Under the pieces are notes generated by a model. The model did not search any database. It had not been told where the DNA came from and saw only the letters and a program-made list of their open reading frames with translations. A DNA stretch of 64,000 bases from a virus. Its lineage: Duplodnaviria; Caudoviricetes. The stretch lies in IMG/VR virus record IMGVR_UViG_3300011577_000001; one strand, written 5' to 3'. Of this stretch, positions 19,495-29,013 are shown piece by piece. Within the stretch, counting starts at the first letter, position 1; the number at the start of each line of letters is the position of its first letter. The translations under genes and the position numbers were made by a program.

Positions 19495-19986
19495 ATGTCT
19501 ATTTACAACGATTCAAGTTTGGACGTGTTGGCGTGGTTCAACAAGAAGGCCGGCACCAAGTTCACTCGGGACGACGTGATCTTCAGTAAACCTATCGTCA
19601 ACACAGATGCTGGTGCTACGCTGAACTCCAAGATCCGTGTCACCATGTCGCGGACCAACACCACACACAAAGGGACCATCGTAGTCGCTTACAACCGACT
19701 GACTTTGGCCAACATCGCGAACTATCCGAGACCGAAGTATCCTCCCCAGGCTGCGCTCGGAAGCTCCGTCTACGACCTGTTGCCGAAGCTGCGTAACACT
19801 TACGGTATCTGGTTGACTCGAGATGACATCGAAGAGACTTTCGTGACAGACGACGGCGCTTATGGTCGGGTGTTGCTCAAAGCCAAGGCAGATTCAGTAG
19901 GTTGGATTGGCGAATACACCTTGGTACTTTCTTCGAAGATCCCGCTGGCTGATCTGTTCAAAACCAAATCTATTAACTGGAGTTAA
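19495..19986 (+). CDS. family 1 paralogue, N-terminal domain only
   Basis: YNRLTL, N.YGI.L, DSVGWIG; AAGGTG RBS favours start at 19495. Confidence 0.7.
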   Translation: MSIYNDSSLDVLAWFNKKAGTKFTRDDVIFSKPIVNTDAGATLNSKIRVTMSRTNTTHKGTIVVAYNRLTLANIANYPRPKYPPQAALGSSVYDLLPKLRNTYGIWLTRDDIEETFVTDDGAYGRVLLKAKADSVGWIGEYTLVLSSKIPLADLFKTKSINWS

Positions 19987-19989
19987 GAC

Positions 19990-20340
19990 ATGCCTATCGT
20001 CGATCCGTACTGGGCAAATTACACCTTCCGTCTGGCTCTGACTGGCTACGATGACGTTCTGTCTGAATTTAAGACAGGCGACATCATCACTCCAGAGAGT
20101 GGCGAGTTGCTGGCGCTGGCGCTGAACGAGAAGGACAAGAAGGAAGGTAAAGGTCTGTGGCACAGTGAAGTTGAACTTCCCGAGTGGTCGTTGAACGGTT
20201 GCTTCGTGTTCTTCCACGGGGACAACCACCCAGACCTGCCAACTAAAGGTAACATGCAGAAGGTCCTGATCCTGGACTTCCCGGAAGACTCCGTGAAGCC
20301 TGTCGGTCGTCTGTTCTTCACTTACAACGTGGGAGGTTGA
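19990..20340 (+). CDS. family 1 paralogue, C-terminal domain only
   Basis: WSL.G...F.G.N, GRLFFTYN; similar to the C-termini of 13942 and 16532; same frame as 19495. Confidence 0.65.
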   Translation: MPIVDPYWANYTFRLALTGYDDVLSEFKTGDIITPESGELLALALNEKDKKEGKGLWHSEVELPEWSLNGCFVFFHGDNHPDLPTKGNMQKVLILDFPEDSVKPVGRLFFTYNVGG

Positions 20341-20341
20341 G

Positions 20342-21400
20342 ATGGCTCTTCGCGATATTGAACCTTTCCTGAACATCGTAGGGCGGTACACGGCTACCCT
20401 CGCCCAGCAATACTCTGCTGAGTTGGCAGCCTACAACGTCCCATATCGAGTTTATGGTGGTGATGCCTACGGTTACGGACGTGTGACCGAACTGTATCAA
20501 GAAGACGGTTGGATGGTCTTGAGCAGCGGCGGCCCTGTTACTAATGGACGGTGTTTGTGTGTGGGACGCAGCCTCCAGTCGATGGGCATCAACGTGACTG
20601 ACGATACAGTTGCGTTTGGTGGTGCTCGTATGAAATTCGGTCGCTCTGTTCCGAACGTAGCAATGACCACGCAAATGGGTTCAGCGCTGAACTTGTTATT
20701 GACTTCCAACTTCCCGCAAGGTGCAGCGGTCAATACCGAGTACTACGTTGAGTGGTGTATCGACATGCCTAACAGCTTGTTCCGTGCACGCGTTGACGGC
20801 ATCGAGGTTCCTTCTGTTGCCCTCAGTACCACGATCAAGAACAACCTCAAATCGGGTGCTAACCTGTTGATGTGGGGTTCTTACAACACCGGTGTTACTT
20901 CGGCGTTGGATATCTACCTCAAGGACGGTTACGTTCTCGAGAAGACACCCGATGGTCTGATGTCTGGTTGGTTAGGTCCGCAAAGCGTTAAGGTGTTGCC
21001 GGTTAGTGAATTCATCGGGCCTTGGACTACCAGTGGCAGTAGTCCAAAAGACGTTCTAAACTCGCCGATGCCGACATCAGCAGACCGCCTGACTCCTTTG
21101 GTGTCTTCTGACAATGATGCTACAGAAGCCACGCTGAAGTTCGATACCTCTCAGATCACTGGTTTGATCAAAGGTGTCTCGGTCAACGTGATGATGCAGA
21201 AGCTACAGGGCCGTGTGGGCAACCTCGAATCGACCATCACAGCAGGTGGGGTTGAAAGCGCTAAGACGACCATTGTTCCAGTTAACACCATGGCGATGTA
21301 TACCCAACAGGTACTCTCGGCTAAAGCACCAAATGGTGGGGCGTGGACGATTGAAAGTCTGGCCGGGGCAACCCTCAAACTCAAACCAGTAAGTAGTTAA
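20342..21400 (+). CDS. beta-rich (lectin/LamG-like) virion protein, paralogue family 2
   Basis: YYVEW.ID..RVDG, KDGYV, LGPQSVKVLPV, APNGGAWT. Confidence 0.6.
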   Translation: MALRDIEPFLNIVGRYTATLAQQYSAELAAYNVPYRVYGGDAYGYGRVTELYQEDGWMVLSSGGPVTNGRCLCVGRSLQSMGINVTDDTVAFGGARMKFGRSVPNVAMTTQMGSALNLLLTSNFPQGAAVNTEYYVEWCIDMPNSLFRARVDGIEVPSVALSTTIKNNLKSGANLLMWGSYNTGVTSALDIYLKDGYVLEKTPDGLMSGWLGPQSVKVLPVSEFIGPWTTSGSSPKDVLNSPMPTSADRLTPLVSSDNDATEATLKFDTSQITGLIKGVSVNVMMQKLQGRVGNLESTITAGGVESAKTTIVPVNTMAMYTQQVLSAKAPNGGAWTIESLAGATLKLKPVSS

Positions 21401-21410
21401 GGAGGCTAAC

Positions 21411-22517
21411 ATGGTCAAAGATGTAAGACCCATTGGGGTCGAACACCTCTCCGAGAGCTTCCTAGAGCCTCGCGCTGGGTGTGGGTTGTTCCCGCTCAAT
21501 TGGAACATGTACACTGTTAAGCAAAGCGTTCACCAACTGGTGTCGCTCTTCAAGAAAGACAATCAGATGCGCTTCGGTATGATGGCTCTGGGTACCACTG
21601 GGTCTGCTGAGGGGATGGTGCAGATCCCCATGGGTAACCTATTCGCTAACCGGACCGACATTGCCAAGGCGGTCATCGGCTTCCGCTGGAAACCAGGTAA
21701 CCGTGGGGCTTCGATCGCTGTACCGTTTGGTGTCTTATTGAACAGGGTCACATCCGAAGGTGGATATAGTCCCGATACCACGATACTATCCGTTGCGGCT
21801 GCCCAGACGGAGTGCTACTTCGAGATCGAGATCATTCCTTATAACGGTGTTGCTGGTTACGGCTTCTTCATTTATAAGGACGGTGAACTACAGTCCACTG
21901 TCGCTATGAGTGGCTGGTTCACACGTGCTCAGATGCCTACCATTCAGTTCACCATCGGTATTGGCGCTTCGGCATTGGCCAACCAGGTTAGCGGCTGGGC
22001 ACAAGGTGACTACCTGTTCTCCATGGAAGACATCTACGTTGCATGGTCTACCGAGCAAACTGACAACTTGCGCCTGGGTCCGATCCGGGTTAAGCGCTTG
22101 CCAGTTTCCCAAGTGACACTGAATGACTGGACGCCACAAGGTGGGAAGTCGGCAGTCGACATCCTGAACCTTGCTAGCAACAGTCTGGATACTCGCACTG
22201 ATTACTTGGCTAGTGATCCCGCTAACACTGTGGTTAAGTGTAAGTTGGATTTGAGTGGCCTGAAGACAGCCGATCGGGTACTGGCGGTGGGCGCCTCCAC
22301 TTCTGCTTGGCGTGACGGAGCCACTACAGGTAACTTGTCCACTCGTTGGGAACACACCGATGGACAAGGGGCGGCCGTATCTTACAGTCCGACCTCGTCT
22401 ACCTACTTGAACCAGTTCGATGTTCCTCTCCAGACTCTGATCACGACCCCAGGTGGTGCAGCTCTCACCAAAGCCTCCATGGCCGCACTGGAGCTGGTGG
22501 TCACTCCTAGCGCGTAG
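21411..22517 (+). CDS. beta-rich (lectin/LamG-like) virion protein, paralogue family 2
   Basis: CYFEIEI..YKDG, EDIYV, LGPIRVKRLPV, TPGGAALT. Confidence 0.6.
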   Translation: MVKDVRPIGVEHLSESFLEPRAGCGLFPLNWNMYTVKQSVHQLVSLFKKDNQMRFGMMALGTTGSAEGMVQIPMGNLFANRTDIAKAVIGFRWKPGNRGASIAVPFGVLLNRVTSEGGYSPDTTILSVAAAQTECYFEIEIIPYNGVAGYGFFIYKDGELQSTVAMSGWFTRAQMPTIQFTIGIGASALANQVSGWAQGDYLFSMEDIYVAWSTEQTDNLRLGPIRVKRLPVSQVTLNDWTPQGGKSAVDILNLASNSLDTRTDYLASDPANTVVKCKLDLSGLKTADRVLAVGASTSAWRDGATTGNLSTRWEHTDGQGAAVSYSPTSSTYLNQFDVPLQTLITTPGGAALTKASMAALELVVTPSA

Positions 22518-22524
22518 GTGAACT

Positions 22525-23277
22525 ATGTCATTCAATCTTCGTAACGCCCCAACGTACGCGGCGCTTGCGTCAGAGCAGAAGCTGAACTTACGTAACGCTC
22601 CTGTCTACGCTATTGTCGGCGACCCGCCAGGGGTGCAGCTTCGTTCTACCAGCATGTTTGTGTTGGAAGAACAAAAGTCTGCTTTCAACGTACGAAAGAT
22701 CTCAGCATTCGTTCTCGAAGCTGTTATCCCAGCCTCGTTGTTCACCAGCCTCAACGGTTTGGAAACCCTGCGCGCGGCCATCAAGAAAGAGTTAGGCATT
22801 GCTGTCAATGATGCGCTGGCCACCTTCGGGAACCCAGTGACCGTCTCCGGTACTTACAACACCGCTGTGACATTGACAGCTACTCCCGACACTGACTACG
22901 AGGGTACTGTATCTATCCAGTACAACCGATTCAAACTTGCAGAAGCGTTTAAAGGAAAGGACACTTCGCAGGTCATCGGTGCAGCCACAACGATCCACGG
23001 TCGTCTGGCAACCATCAACTCATTCTTTGGTTTGAAATTAGAACCTCGGGATGTGGTGGATAAAGTACTGTTACCAGATGCTCCAGGCTTTACGCTGGTG
23101 GTCGCTAGTACTAGCTACCTGTACCAACCCGGCACCACGATGCGCATCGGTGTTGAAAACGCTAATGACCTTAGCATTCAGATCGAAGTGGATCAGATGA
23201 ACGGCTTCTCGGTCACTACTGATCTGGAAGACTGGATTCAAGTTTCTGCAATGAAAGGATTCGAACCAGCGACTTGA
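22525..23277 (+). CDS. family 1 paralogue with four N-terminal repeats and duplicated C-terminal motif
   Basis: LRNAPTYAA / LRNAPVYAI / LRSTSMFVL / VRKISAFVL; YEG...QYNR; MNGF and MKGF. Confidence 0.7.
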   Translation: MSFNLRNAPTYAALASEQKLNLRNAPVYAIVGDPPGVQLRSTSMFVLEEQKSAFNVRKISAFVLEAVIPASLFTSLNGLETLRAAIKKELGIAVNDALATFGNPVTVSGTYNTAVTLTATPDTDYEGTVSIQYNRFKLAEAFKGKDTSQVIGAATTIHGRLATINSFFGLKLEPRDVVDKVLLPDAPGFTLVVASTSYLYQPGTTMRIGVENANDLSIQIEVDQMNGFSVTTDLEDWIQVSAMKGFEPAT

Positions 23278-23314
23278 CGGCATAGAGGGAGGCCGCAGCC
23301 TCCCCTTATGCTCA
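23277..23314. terminator. bidirectional terminator, near-identical to 39747-39786
   Basis: GGCATA-GAGGGAGGC-CGCA-GCCTCCCC-TTATGC between convergent genes. Confidence 0.75.
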
Positions 23315-23761
23315 GAGCTTACGGATGGTGAGATCCACACCGCCGAGATAAACCCAGCTTCCGTCGATCGCCAGCAATTGCAGCGTCTTACTTTCACCCG
23401 AGGCTGTCGGCAACACTGCGCCGTCTTCGAACTTGAGATCGCTTGCGATCAGCTTGTAACGATCAGCAATCAAATCGATGATGCTTTGCAGCGTGTCACC
23501 GGCTTGCAGGGTGTAGGTAGTCGACTTGACGATTTCTTCGATATACAGACGACGGTAGTTCAGTGTCTGCGTGCCGTAGAATTCGTTGTTCAGAGTTGCT
23601 TCAACCGTGAGGGACGAGTTCTTCACGGTGATGTCGCCGCTGGTGTCGATCTGGAGCAGGTCCTTGAGGACGAAATCATCGAGAGTAAACGACGTGCCGT
23701 TGGTCTCGTTGATCTGGTTGATGACGTTCTGAAGCGGGCTTAAAGTGTGATCAACTAGCAC
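23312..23761 (-). CDS. family 1 paralogue in inverted orientation
   Basis: IN..NGT.F, FYG.Q.L.YRRL, GSWVYLG; AGGAG RBS favours GTG at 23761. Confidence 0.65.
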   Translation of the reverse strand: MLVDHTLSPLQNVINQINETNGTSFTLDDFVLKDLLQIDTSGDITVKNSSLTVEATLNNEFYGTQTLNYRRLYIEEIVKSTTYTLQAGDTLQSIIDLIADRYKLIASDLKFEDGAVLPTASGESKTLQLLAIDGSWVYLGGVDLTIRKL

Positions 23762-23867
23762 GTTGATAACTCCTGTTGTAGTAGGGACGTCTATAACGAT
23801 AGGTGCTCGGCGACGTATCATTTGACGGGTTCACTCCCACCCACTTTCTAAAGCAGGCGTCTTTGCC

Positions 23868-24398
23868 ATGTACCACATTGGAATGAAATCAGTAGAGCAG
23901 TTACTCGCTCTGCTTAACGACACCAATGGCTTGTCGTTAACACTCGATGACATCCAGTTCAGTACTCCGACTGTGCTGACCCCAGAGTCTCAGGTAGGCG
24001 ACGACAATCCTGCCAATACAGAGATTCTGATTGTAGCCAAACCTAATCGCAAGCCGATTGGTGAGGTAACGGTTCGTTACGATCGGATTGATCTGGCTGA
24101 CTTTGCAACCCTTCGAGATCCCACCGAGATCGAAGTAATTCTCCCAATGACCCACGCAAAGTTATTGGATGCATTCAACACCCATTATGGTTCCGCGCTG
24201 GAACTAGCGGACATTGATGTCACCACCGACATCCCTGAAAACATCGAAGAAGAGACCTTCGTTGAGCTGGTAGCCTCTACGGGCTCGCTGGCTTATCGCG
24301 GGAGCATACTGCTTACGGTGATCCCAGGGACGATCAAACTCAGCAACGTGATCGTTGTACGGGCTCTCAGTGGTCTTGAGTACATGGGTCGACCTTAA
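23868..24398 (+). CDS. family 1 paralogue (single domain)
   Basis: RYDRIDL, FN.HYG, GSLAYRG, LSNVI...LSGLEY. Confidence 0.7.
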   Translation: MYHIGMKSVEQLLALLNDTNGLSLTLDDIQFSTPTVLTPESQVGDDNPANTEILIVAKPNRKPIGEVTVRYDRIDLADFATLRDPTEIEVILPMTHAKLLDAFNTHYGSALELADIDVTTDIPENIEEETFVELVASTGSLAYRGSILLTVIPGTIKLSNVIVVRALSGLEYMGRP

Positions 24399-24500
24399 TG
24401 AGAGGGGCTTCGGCCCCTCTCATGCCGAACTTTATATGTAAATTTTAATATCTTATGAGTAGGGCATACGCCTTACTCAGTTTTCCTTGTGGAGATCCCC

Positions 24501-25007
24501 ATGAAAATCAATGTCGCTAAATCCGGTGCCGAGAACATTCTGGACCTGGTTCTGGACGCCAACCCTGGTCTGACGCTGACCGCTGCCCAATTCACCCTGG
24601 GTAACCCAAGCGCTTTCGTGGGTACTGGTGGCCGTAACACCCAAGTCACCCTGACCGCCGTTGAAGGCGAGGGCAAGACTGGTTCCAAAACCATCGACTA
24701 CACCCGTCTGAACCCTGTTACCGGCCCGAACGCCGGTCAAGCAGTGACTGGTGTGGAAACTGCTCTGGACGCCACCGACGTACAAGTCAAGGCTGCTCTG
24801 GTTGCTCTGTTCGGTCTGGTTGCTGCCGACGTTACCGTTGCTGACCTGGTTCTGCCAGTCGACGCCGATACCGACGGTTCCATCACCCTGGCCGCTGCCG
24901 CCAACAGCCTGCTGTACGTTGGCTCCACCTCCGTCGTGCTGAAAGCGCCGGTTGAAGACCTGAGCGGTATCGAAGGTCAGATGAACGGTTTCGAACCTGA
25001 AGCCTAA
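24501..25007 (+). CDS. family 1 paralogue (single domain, probably abundant)
   Basis: YTRL, NSLLYVG, MNGFEPEA; GGAG RBS; flanked by terminators; strong codon bias. Confidence 0.7.
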   Translation: MKINVAKSGAENILDLVLDANPGLTLTAAQFTLGNPSAFVGTGGRNTQVTLTAVEGEGKTGSKTIDYTRLNPVTGPNAGQAVTGVETALDATDVQVKAALVALFGLVAADVTVADLVLPVDADTDGSITLAAAANSLLYVGSTSVVLKAPVEDLSGIEGQMNGFEPEA

Positions 25008-25014
25008 GTAGTCG

Positions 25015-25050
25015 GCATATTGGGAGGCCTTCGGGCCTCCCTTTATGCTG
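25015..25050. terminator. bidirectional terminator
   Basis: GGCATA..GGGAGGCC-TTCG-GGCCTCCC-TTTATGC. Confidence 0.75.
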
Positions 25051-25054
25051 TCTG

Positions 25055-25699
25055 TTACAGGAAGTACAACTCGAGGTGCTCTTTCACACGCTCGATGTTT
25101 TCTTGCCACGGGAGTTCTGCATCGAGATGTAAGCACTCTTGAGCGGTGTAATCCAGACGCTCCTGGAAACCGCGCCAGACCGCTTTGTGGTAATCCATAC
25201 CTTTGAGTTCAATGCGGTCTTTCGCACGTTCGGAGTCTTTCTGACGCTTCATGGCGATCTCAGGATCGATGTCGAGGAAGACCACCAGATCAGGACGGAA
25301 GCCCTTCAATGCGATCTTCTCAACCGCGAGGTACTCTTCTTCGGAAACAGCGCCGAAGGTAGCCACGCATTGCATCGCCCAGGACGAGTCAACGAAGCGG
25401 TCACTCAGGACCACACTACCGAGTTCCATCTGAGGTTTAATCAGTTCTTCGGTGTGCTGAACGCGTGCCGACATGAAGCCGAACAGTTCTGCCAACGGGT
25501 TGAACTTCTCTTCGCGACGTTTGATCAGAACTTCACGGATCTCTTCTGCCAGCGGAGTACCGCCCGGTTCACGGGTTTCCACCACTTCGTTGGAGATGCG
25601 GGTCCGCAGCCACTTAGCGACTTCTTTACGCATGGTGGTCTTGCCGCAGAAGTCGGGGCCTTCGAAAGCCACGAAGAACGGTTTAACTTGATTGCTCAT
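25055..25699 (-). CDS. tmk: thymidylate kinase
   Basis: FEGPDFCGKTT P-loop, TREPGGT, DRFVDSS, PDLVVFLD, DRIE. Confidence 0.95.
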   Translation of the reverse strand: MSNQVKPFFVAFEGPDFCGKTTMRKEVAKWLRTRISNEVVETREPGGTPLAEEIREVLIKRREEKFNPLAELFGFMSARVQHTEELIKPQMELGSVVLSDRFVDSSWAMQCVATFGAVSEEEYLAVEKIALKGFRPDLVVFLDIDPEIAMKRQKDSERAKDRIELKGMDYHKAVWRGFQERLDYTAQECLHLDAELPWQENIERVKEHLELYFL

Positions 25700-27041
25700 T
25701 ATCCGGTTCCAGGAACAGGGTCAGGGACGTATTACTCACATACCGTCGAGCAGTCGAACCTGTACCCTTTAAGTGAATGTAGTCTTGAGTCATCGTGACT
25801 ACGCCAAACAGCTCCTTAGTCTCACCACCTGCTTCGTACAAGTAACGCACTGGCATCCCAGGGTAAATCAAACTGCCCCGAGAGTTCTCCCACTTGACCT
25901 GCACAGGCTGGCCTTTGCGAGAAGAGATCTTGGACAACGCAGACATCAAGTTGCTCGAGATCTTGTCAGCCGCTTGCACGACATGGTTTAACCCGTTCTT
26001 GGCTTCTTCGAACAACACCTCGGTAACGTTCCGCCCTCGCGAAAGGGTAGTGACGTTCTCGATGGTTTCCCCAAAGCTGTCGAAGATACTCTTGGCATCT
26101 GTGAAACGAATGCCGTTACCCTCACCCACTTGACGAGCGTTAGACGCATCCACCGAACGAGTCGAACCAGTGGCCAAGATGATCAACTGGTTTGCTGTCT
26201 GACGGAACGTGCGCTCGATCTCTGGGAAGCGGTTCTCAGGGACGTTAATCACTGTCAAACCGCTAGGGGTATCTTCGAAGCGTTGGGTGTTAAAGAGAGG
26301 CCATACATACCAAGAGCCTTGGTGTAGATAAAAACCGATCTCACTGTTGTAGATGCCGCCACACTTGTCTTGAATGTAGCTAGGTAGAGCCACTAACGGA
26401 GTCCCGTGTGGAATGACCACGTGAGCCCGCTTCTCAGTGTTATCGGCTGGCACCATGTCAATGGCCTCGATGCTCAGTCCCCGCTCCAAGGGCATCTTGT
26501 TGGACTGGTCTGCAAGCATGGCCTGTAAAACCTGCCACGGAGTGGCTTGCTTGAACACCCCACCCACCGTACAACCACGCAGCCATTCAGTCACGTTGTC
26601 GATCAACTGGAACTGGACTTTCATGATGTCGCCCAGGTCCCCCATCTGCACGGAATCCAACAGAGGAGACGCACCCTCTTTCGAGTGGTCACGTACGTCC
26701 ATCAAGATTGCTGTATAGATGAGGGTTTCTACCTGAGCGTTAGCAGAGACGGTGTCTGACACCTCCCCGATGTATTGGCGCTGGATTACTGCCTTGAGGT
26801 TGTTCCTGTGAGGGAACAGCTTCTGGGTGTATGTCCCTGCACCAAACACCACTTCCATCACGATCGAGTCAGCGTAGCTTTGGGTGAAATCTCGCACGAT
26901 ATCCACAGACATGAACTTCAGTGGGGCGATAGTGCTACCGTCAGGTAACTGGAACCACACTTCGTACAAGTAATGGACATCCTTCGCACCTTCCTTGGTG
27001 ATCTTGGAGATCTCATTCATTAACGTGCTTTTCTCGATCAT
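25683..27041 (-). CDS. virion structural protein (phiKZ gp101-like, possible baseplate hub)
   Basis: Size and position in the conserved block; late PG motif (IYPGMPV) as in hub proteins; inferred. Confidence 0.5.
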   Translation of the reverse strand: MIEKSTLMNEISKITKEGAKDVHYLYEVWFQLPDGSTIAPLKFMSVDIVRDFTQSYADSIVMEVVFGAGTYTQKLFPHRNNLKAVIQRQYIGEVSDTVSANAQVETLIYTAILMDVRDHSKEGASPLLDSVQMGDLGDIMKVQFQLIDNVTEWLRGCTVGGVFKQATPWQVLQAMLADQSNKMPLERGLSIEAIDMVPADNTEKRAHVVIPHGTPLVALPSYIQDKCGGIYNSEIGFYLHQGSWYVWPLFNTQRFEDTPSGLTVINVPENRFPEIERTFRQTANQLIILATGSTRSVDASNARQVGEGNGIRFTDAKSIFDSFGETIENVTTLSRGRNVTEVLFEEAKNGLNHVVQAADKISSNLMSALSKISSRKGQPVQVKWENSRGSLIYPGMPVRYLYEAGGETKELFGVVTMTQDYIHLKGTGSTARRYVSNTSLTLFLEPDNEQSS

Positions 27042-27610
27042 ACCTGAGCGCCTCGACGGATCAATTGGTCAGCCAGACCTTCTACCATCATTGAGTGCTC
27101 CATCGGGATGTTCTGTTGCACTTCGGCCGGGGTGGTCATGTCACGACGTACCGCGCGACGGCTGAGGCGATCCAGACTACGGAACAGACGTGAGGTACTA
27201 ACTTCGGTCTGCACATGCTGACGAGCCATCGGATAGATCAACGCTGCGAACTCTTCCAGAATCCGCAGGTCGTTCACCGGTACTTGGTCACGCAGACCAG
27301 GGTCGCGGTTGACTTCGTCTTGCCAGTCGTTAATGTGTTCCAAGATCCATCCATAGATCTGTTTGGATTCATCCGGGTTGACGAGAGCGATTGATGCACC
27401 TTGCTCAGCGTAGCCTGCCATCTGGTGAACGGTTAAGTTCACCTTCACCAAGTTCTGGTAGGCGGCAGCATCCACGTCAGAGTCGCCCGAGGAGTACAGT
27501 CCAAACTTCTGAACATACTCCTGCGAGTAAAGGTACATCTGTGGGATCAGACATTCCACGAAGTAGTGGAAGATCTTGTAGGCTGCGGTGTGATGCTTTT
27601 GTTCTAACAT
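27038..27610 (-). CDS. conserved hypothetical protein (phiKZ gp100-like)
   Basis: Coupled to both neighbours; synteny. Confidence 0.55.
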   Translation of the reverse strand: MLEQKHHTAAYKIFHYFVECLIPQMYLYSQEYVQKFGLYSSGDSDVDAAAYQNLVKVNLTVHQMAGYAEQGASIALVNPDESKQIYGWILEHINDWQDEVNRDPGLRDQVPVNDLRILEEFAALIYPMARQHVQTEVSTSRLFRSLDRLSRRAVRRDMTTPAEVQQNIPMEHSMMVEGLADQLIRRGAQV

Positions 27611-29013
27611 CAGTAATCCCTCAAGCCGACCTTGATCAGGATCATCAACATCGGAACGTAGTAGAACCGTTCCAGGTTAGACCAGTTCTTGGAGGTACGC
27701 ACCAAGTACAACAGCACGGTCTTGTCGATGGCTTCGCCTTGCAACATGTCCCACAGCAGTTTCTCGAGCTTGGAGAACCCCTCAGGATTGTTCTCGTAGA
27801 ACGCATCCGACAACACGTAGTAGTCGTTCTTATACACTCGATGGATATCTGGGAGAGCAGCTACCCCTACAGCTTCCTCAGAGGCCGTATGGAAGCCTTT
27901 CATCTCTCCCTGCACCAACACACGCCGCAGGTCATTAAAACGCGTCTTACCGCCTAATAGACGCCCTGGAACCAACGGGTCGTTGTATTGCTCCTGACCA
28001 TCAACATGGATCAGGCTAGAACGCTCCGTAGGGAACACTACCTGTTGTACGCCACTGTAGTAGATACCGTCGAACAGAGGACTTTCATCAAACTGTCGGT
28101 ACGACACTACGCCTGCCGTTTGGAAGCACAGGTCCAACATGTCAGCGTCACCAGCAATCAGACAAGTCCAAAGGTTGTTCTCTTTGTACCGGATCGAGCG
28201 GTCAGTGTTGAGCGCTTTGATCTTCATGATGGTGTTGTTGTCGGAGTTGTCCAACGTCGACAGGAAAGCCGTTACAAAGAACGGATCGTAGGTAGGGGTC
28301 GGAATCCCATCCACGTCCTGATCGGGAAGGATCAACGTCGCGTACTCGGTGTTGTAGAAATCCACCAAGTACTGGTTGAGCAACTTCTTGTAACCCCGGT
28401 TCAACTCAGCGATCTGTTCAAACTCGCTGGTAGCGATCACAGGGTTCTGACCGTAGTAGATAAAGTCACGAACAAACGTCGTATCCTTCACCACTTTGCG
28501 TGCAAGGTCATCCTTGTACTGCTTGGTCAGGTAATCACGCATAGCGTAGTCAATAGCGTAGACTGCGTCTTTGAACACCGCTTTCTTTTCGGAGCGAATG
28601 ACCGTAAACACGCCCACCTGACCATCACCAACATCGGCCAAGAAGATGTCGCCTTGGTTCGGCTTGGTACCGCCATACACGGTAGCGGAACCAGTGATGA
28701 TCGTGTTACGGTCAGCGTCTTGCTGCTGGTACGACAGTGGGGTGGTGACTTTCAGTTCCAAGTGACGAATCAGCTTGTACTGTTGGTAGATCGGCTTTTG
28801 CGTCAGTTGCAGGTCAGAGGTTTCGTTGTCCAGGTCGAGTACTTGGTTGTAGTAATCGACAGTCCAGCTAGCACCTTCAACGTGGGTCAGCAGAGCAGTT
28901 TGCGGAATATACCGAGAGTCCACCACCTGATTGCGAACTTCGGGCGCCACGGCAATCGGTTCAACCGGAACCGCCTTCGGTGGCAAACCCTGTTTGGAGT
29001 CTAAGATTGGCAT
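27610..29013 (-). CDS. virion structural protein (phiKZ gp99-like)
   Basis: VEG..W.V.YY.Q, PN.GD.F.AD.GDG, YDPF; synteny. Confidence 0.6.
   Translation of the reverse strand: MPILDSKQGLPPKAVPVEPIAVAPEVRNQVVDSRYIPQTALLTHVEGASWTVDYYNQVLDLDNETSDLQLTQKPIYQQYKLIRHLELKVTTPLSYQQQDADRNTIITGSATVYGGTKPNQGDIFLADVGDGQVGVFTVIRSEKKAVFKDAVYAIDYAMRDYLTKQYKDDLARKVVKDTTFVRDFIYYGQNPVIATSEFEQIAELNRGYKKLLNQYLVDFYNTEYATLILPDQDVDGIPTPTYDPFFVTAFLSTLDNSDNNTIMKIKALNTDRSIRYKENNLWTCLIAGDADMLDLCFQTAGVVSYRQFDESPLFDGIYYSGVQQVVFPTERSSLIHVDGQEQYNDPLVPGRLLGGKTRFNDLRRVLVQGEMKGFHTASEEAVGVAALPDIHRVYKNDYYVLSDAFYENNPEGFSKLEKLLWDMLQGEAIDKTVLLYLVRTSKNWSNLERFYYVPMLMILIKVGLRDY

Noticed and set aside
12509-25007. Diversity-generating retroelement or invertible tail-fibre cassette
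   Set aside because: No reverse transcriptase, recombinase or near-identical DNA repeats seen; paralogy is evident at protein level only.
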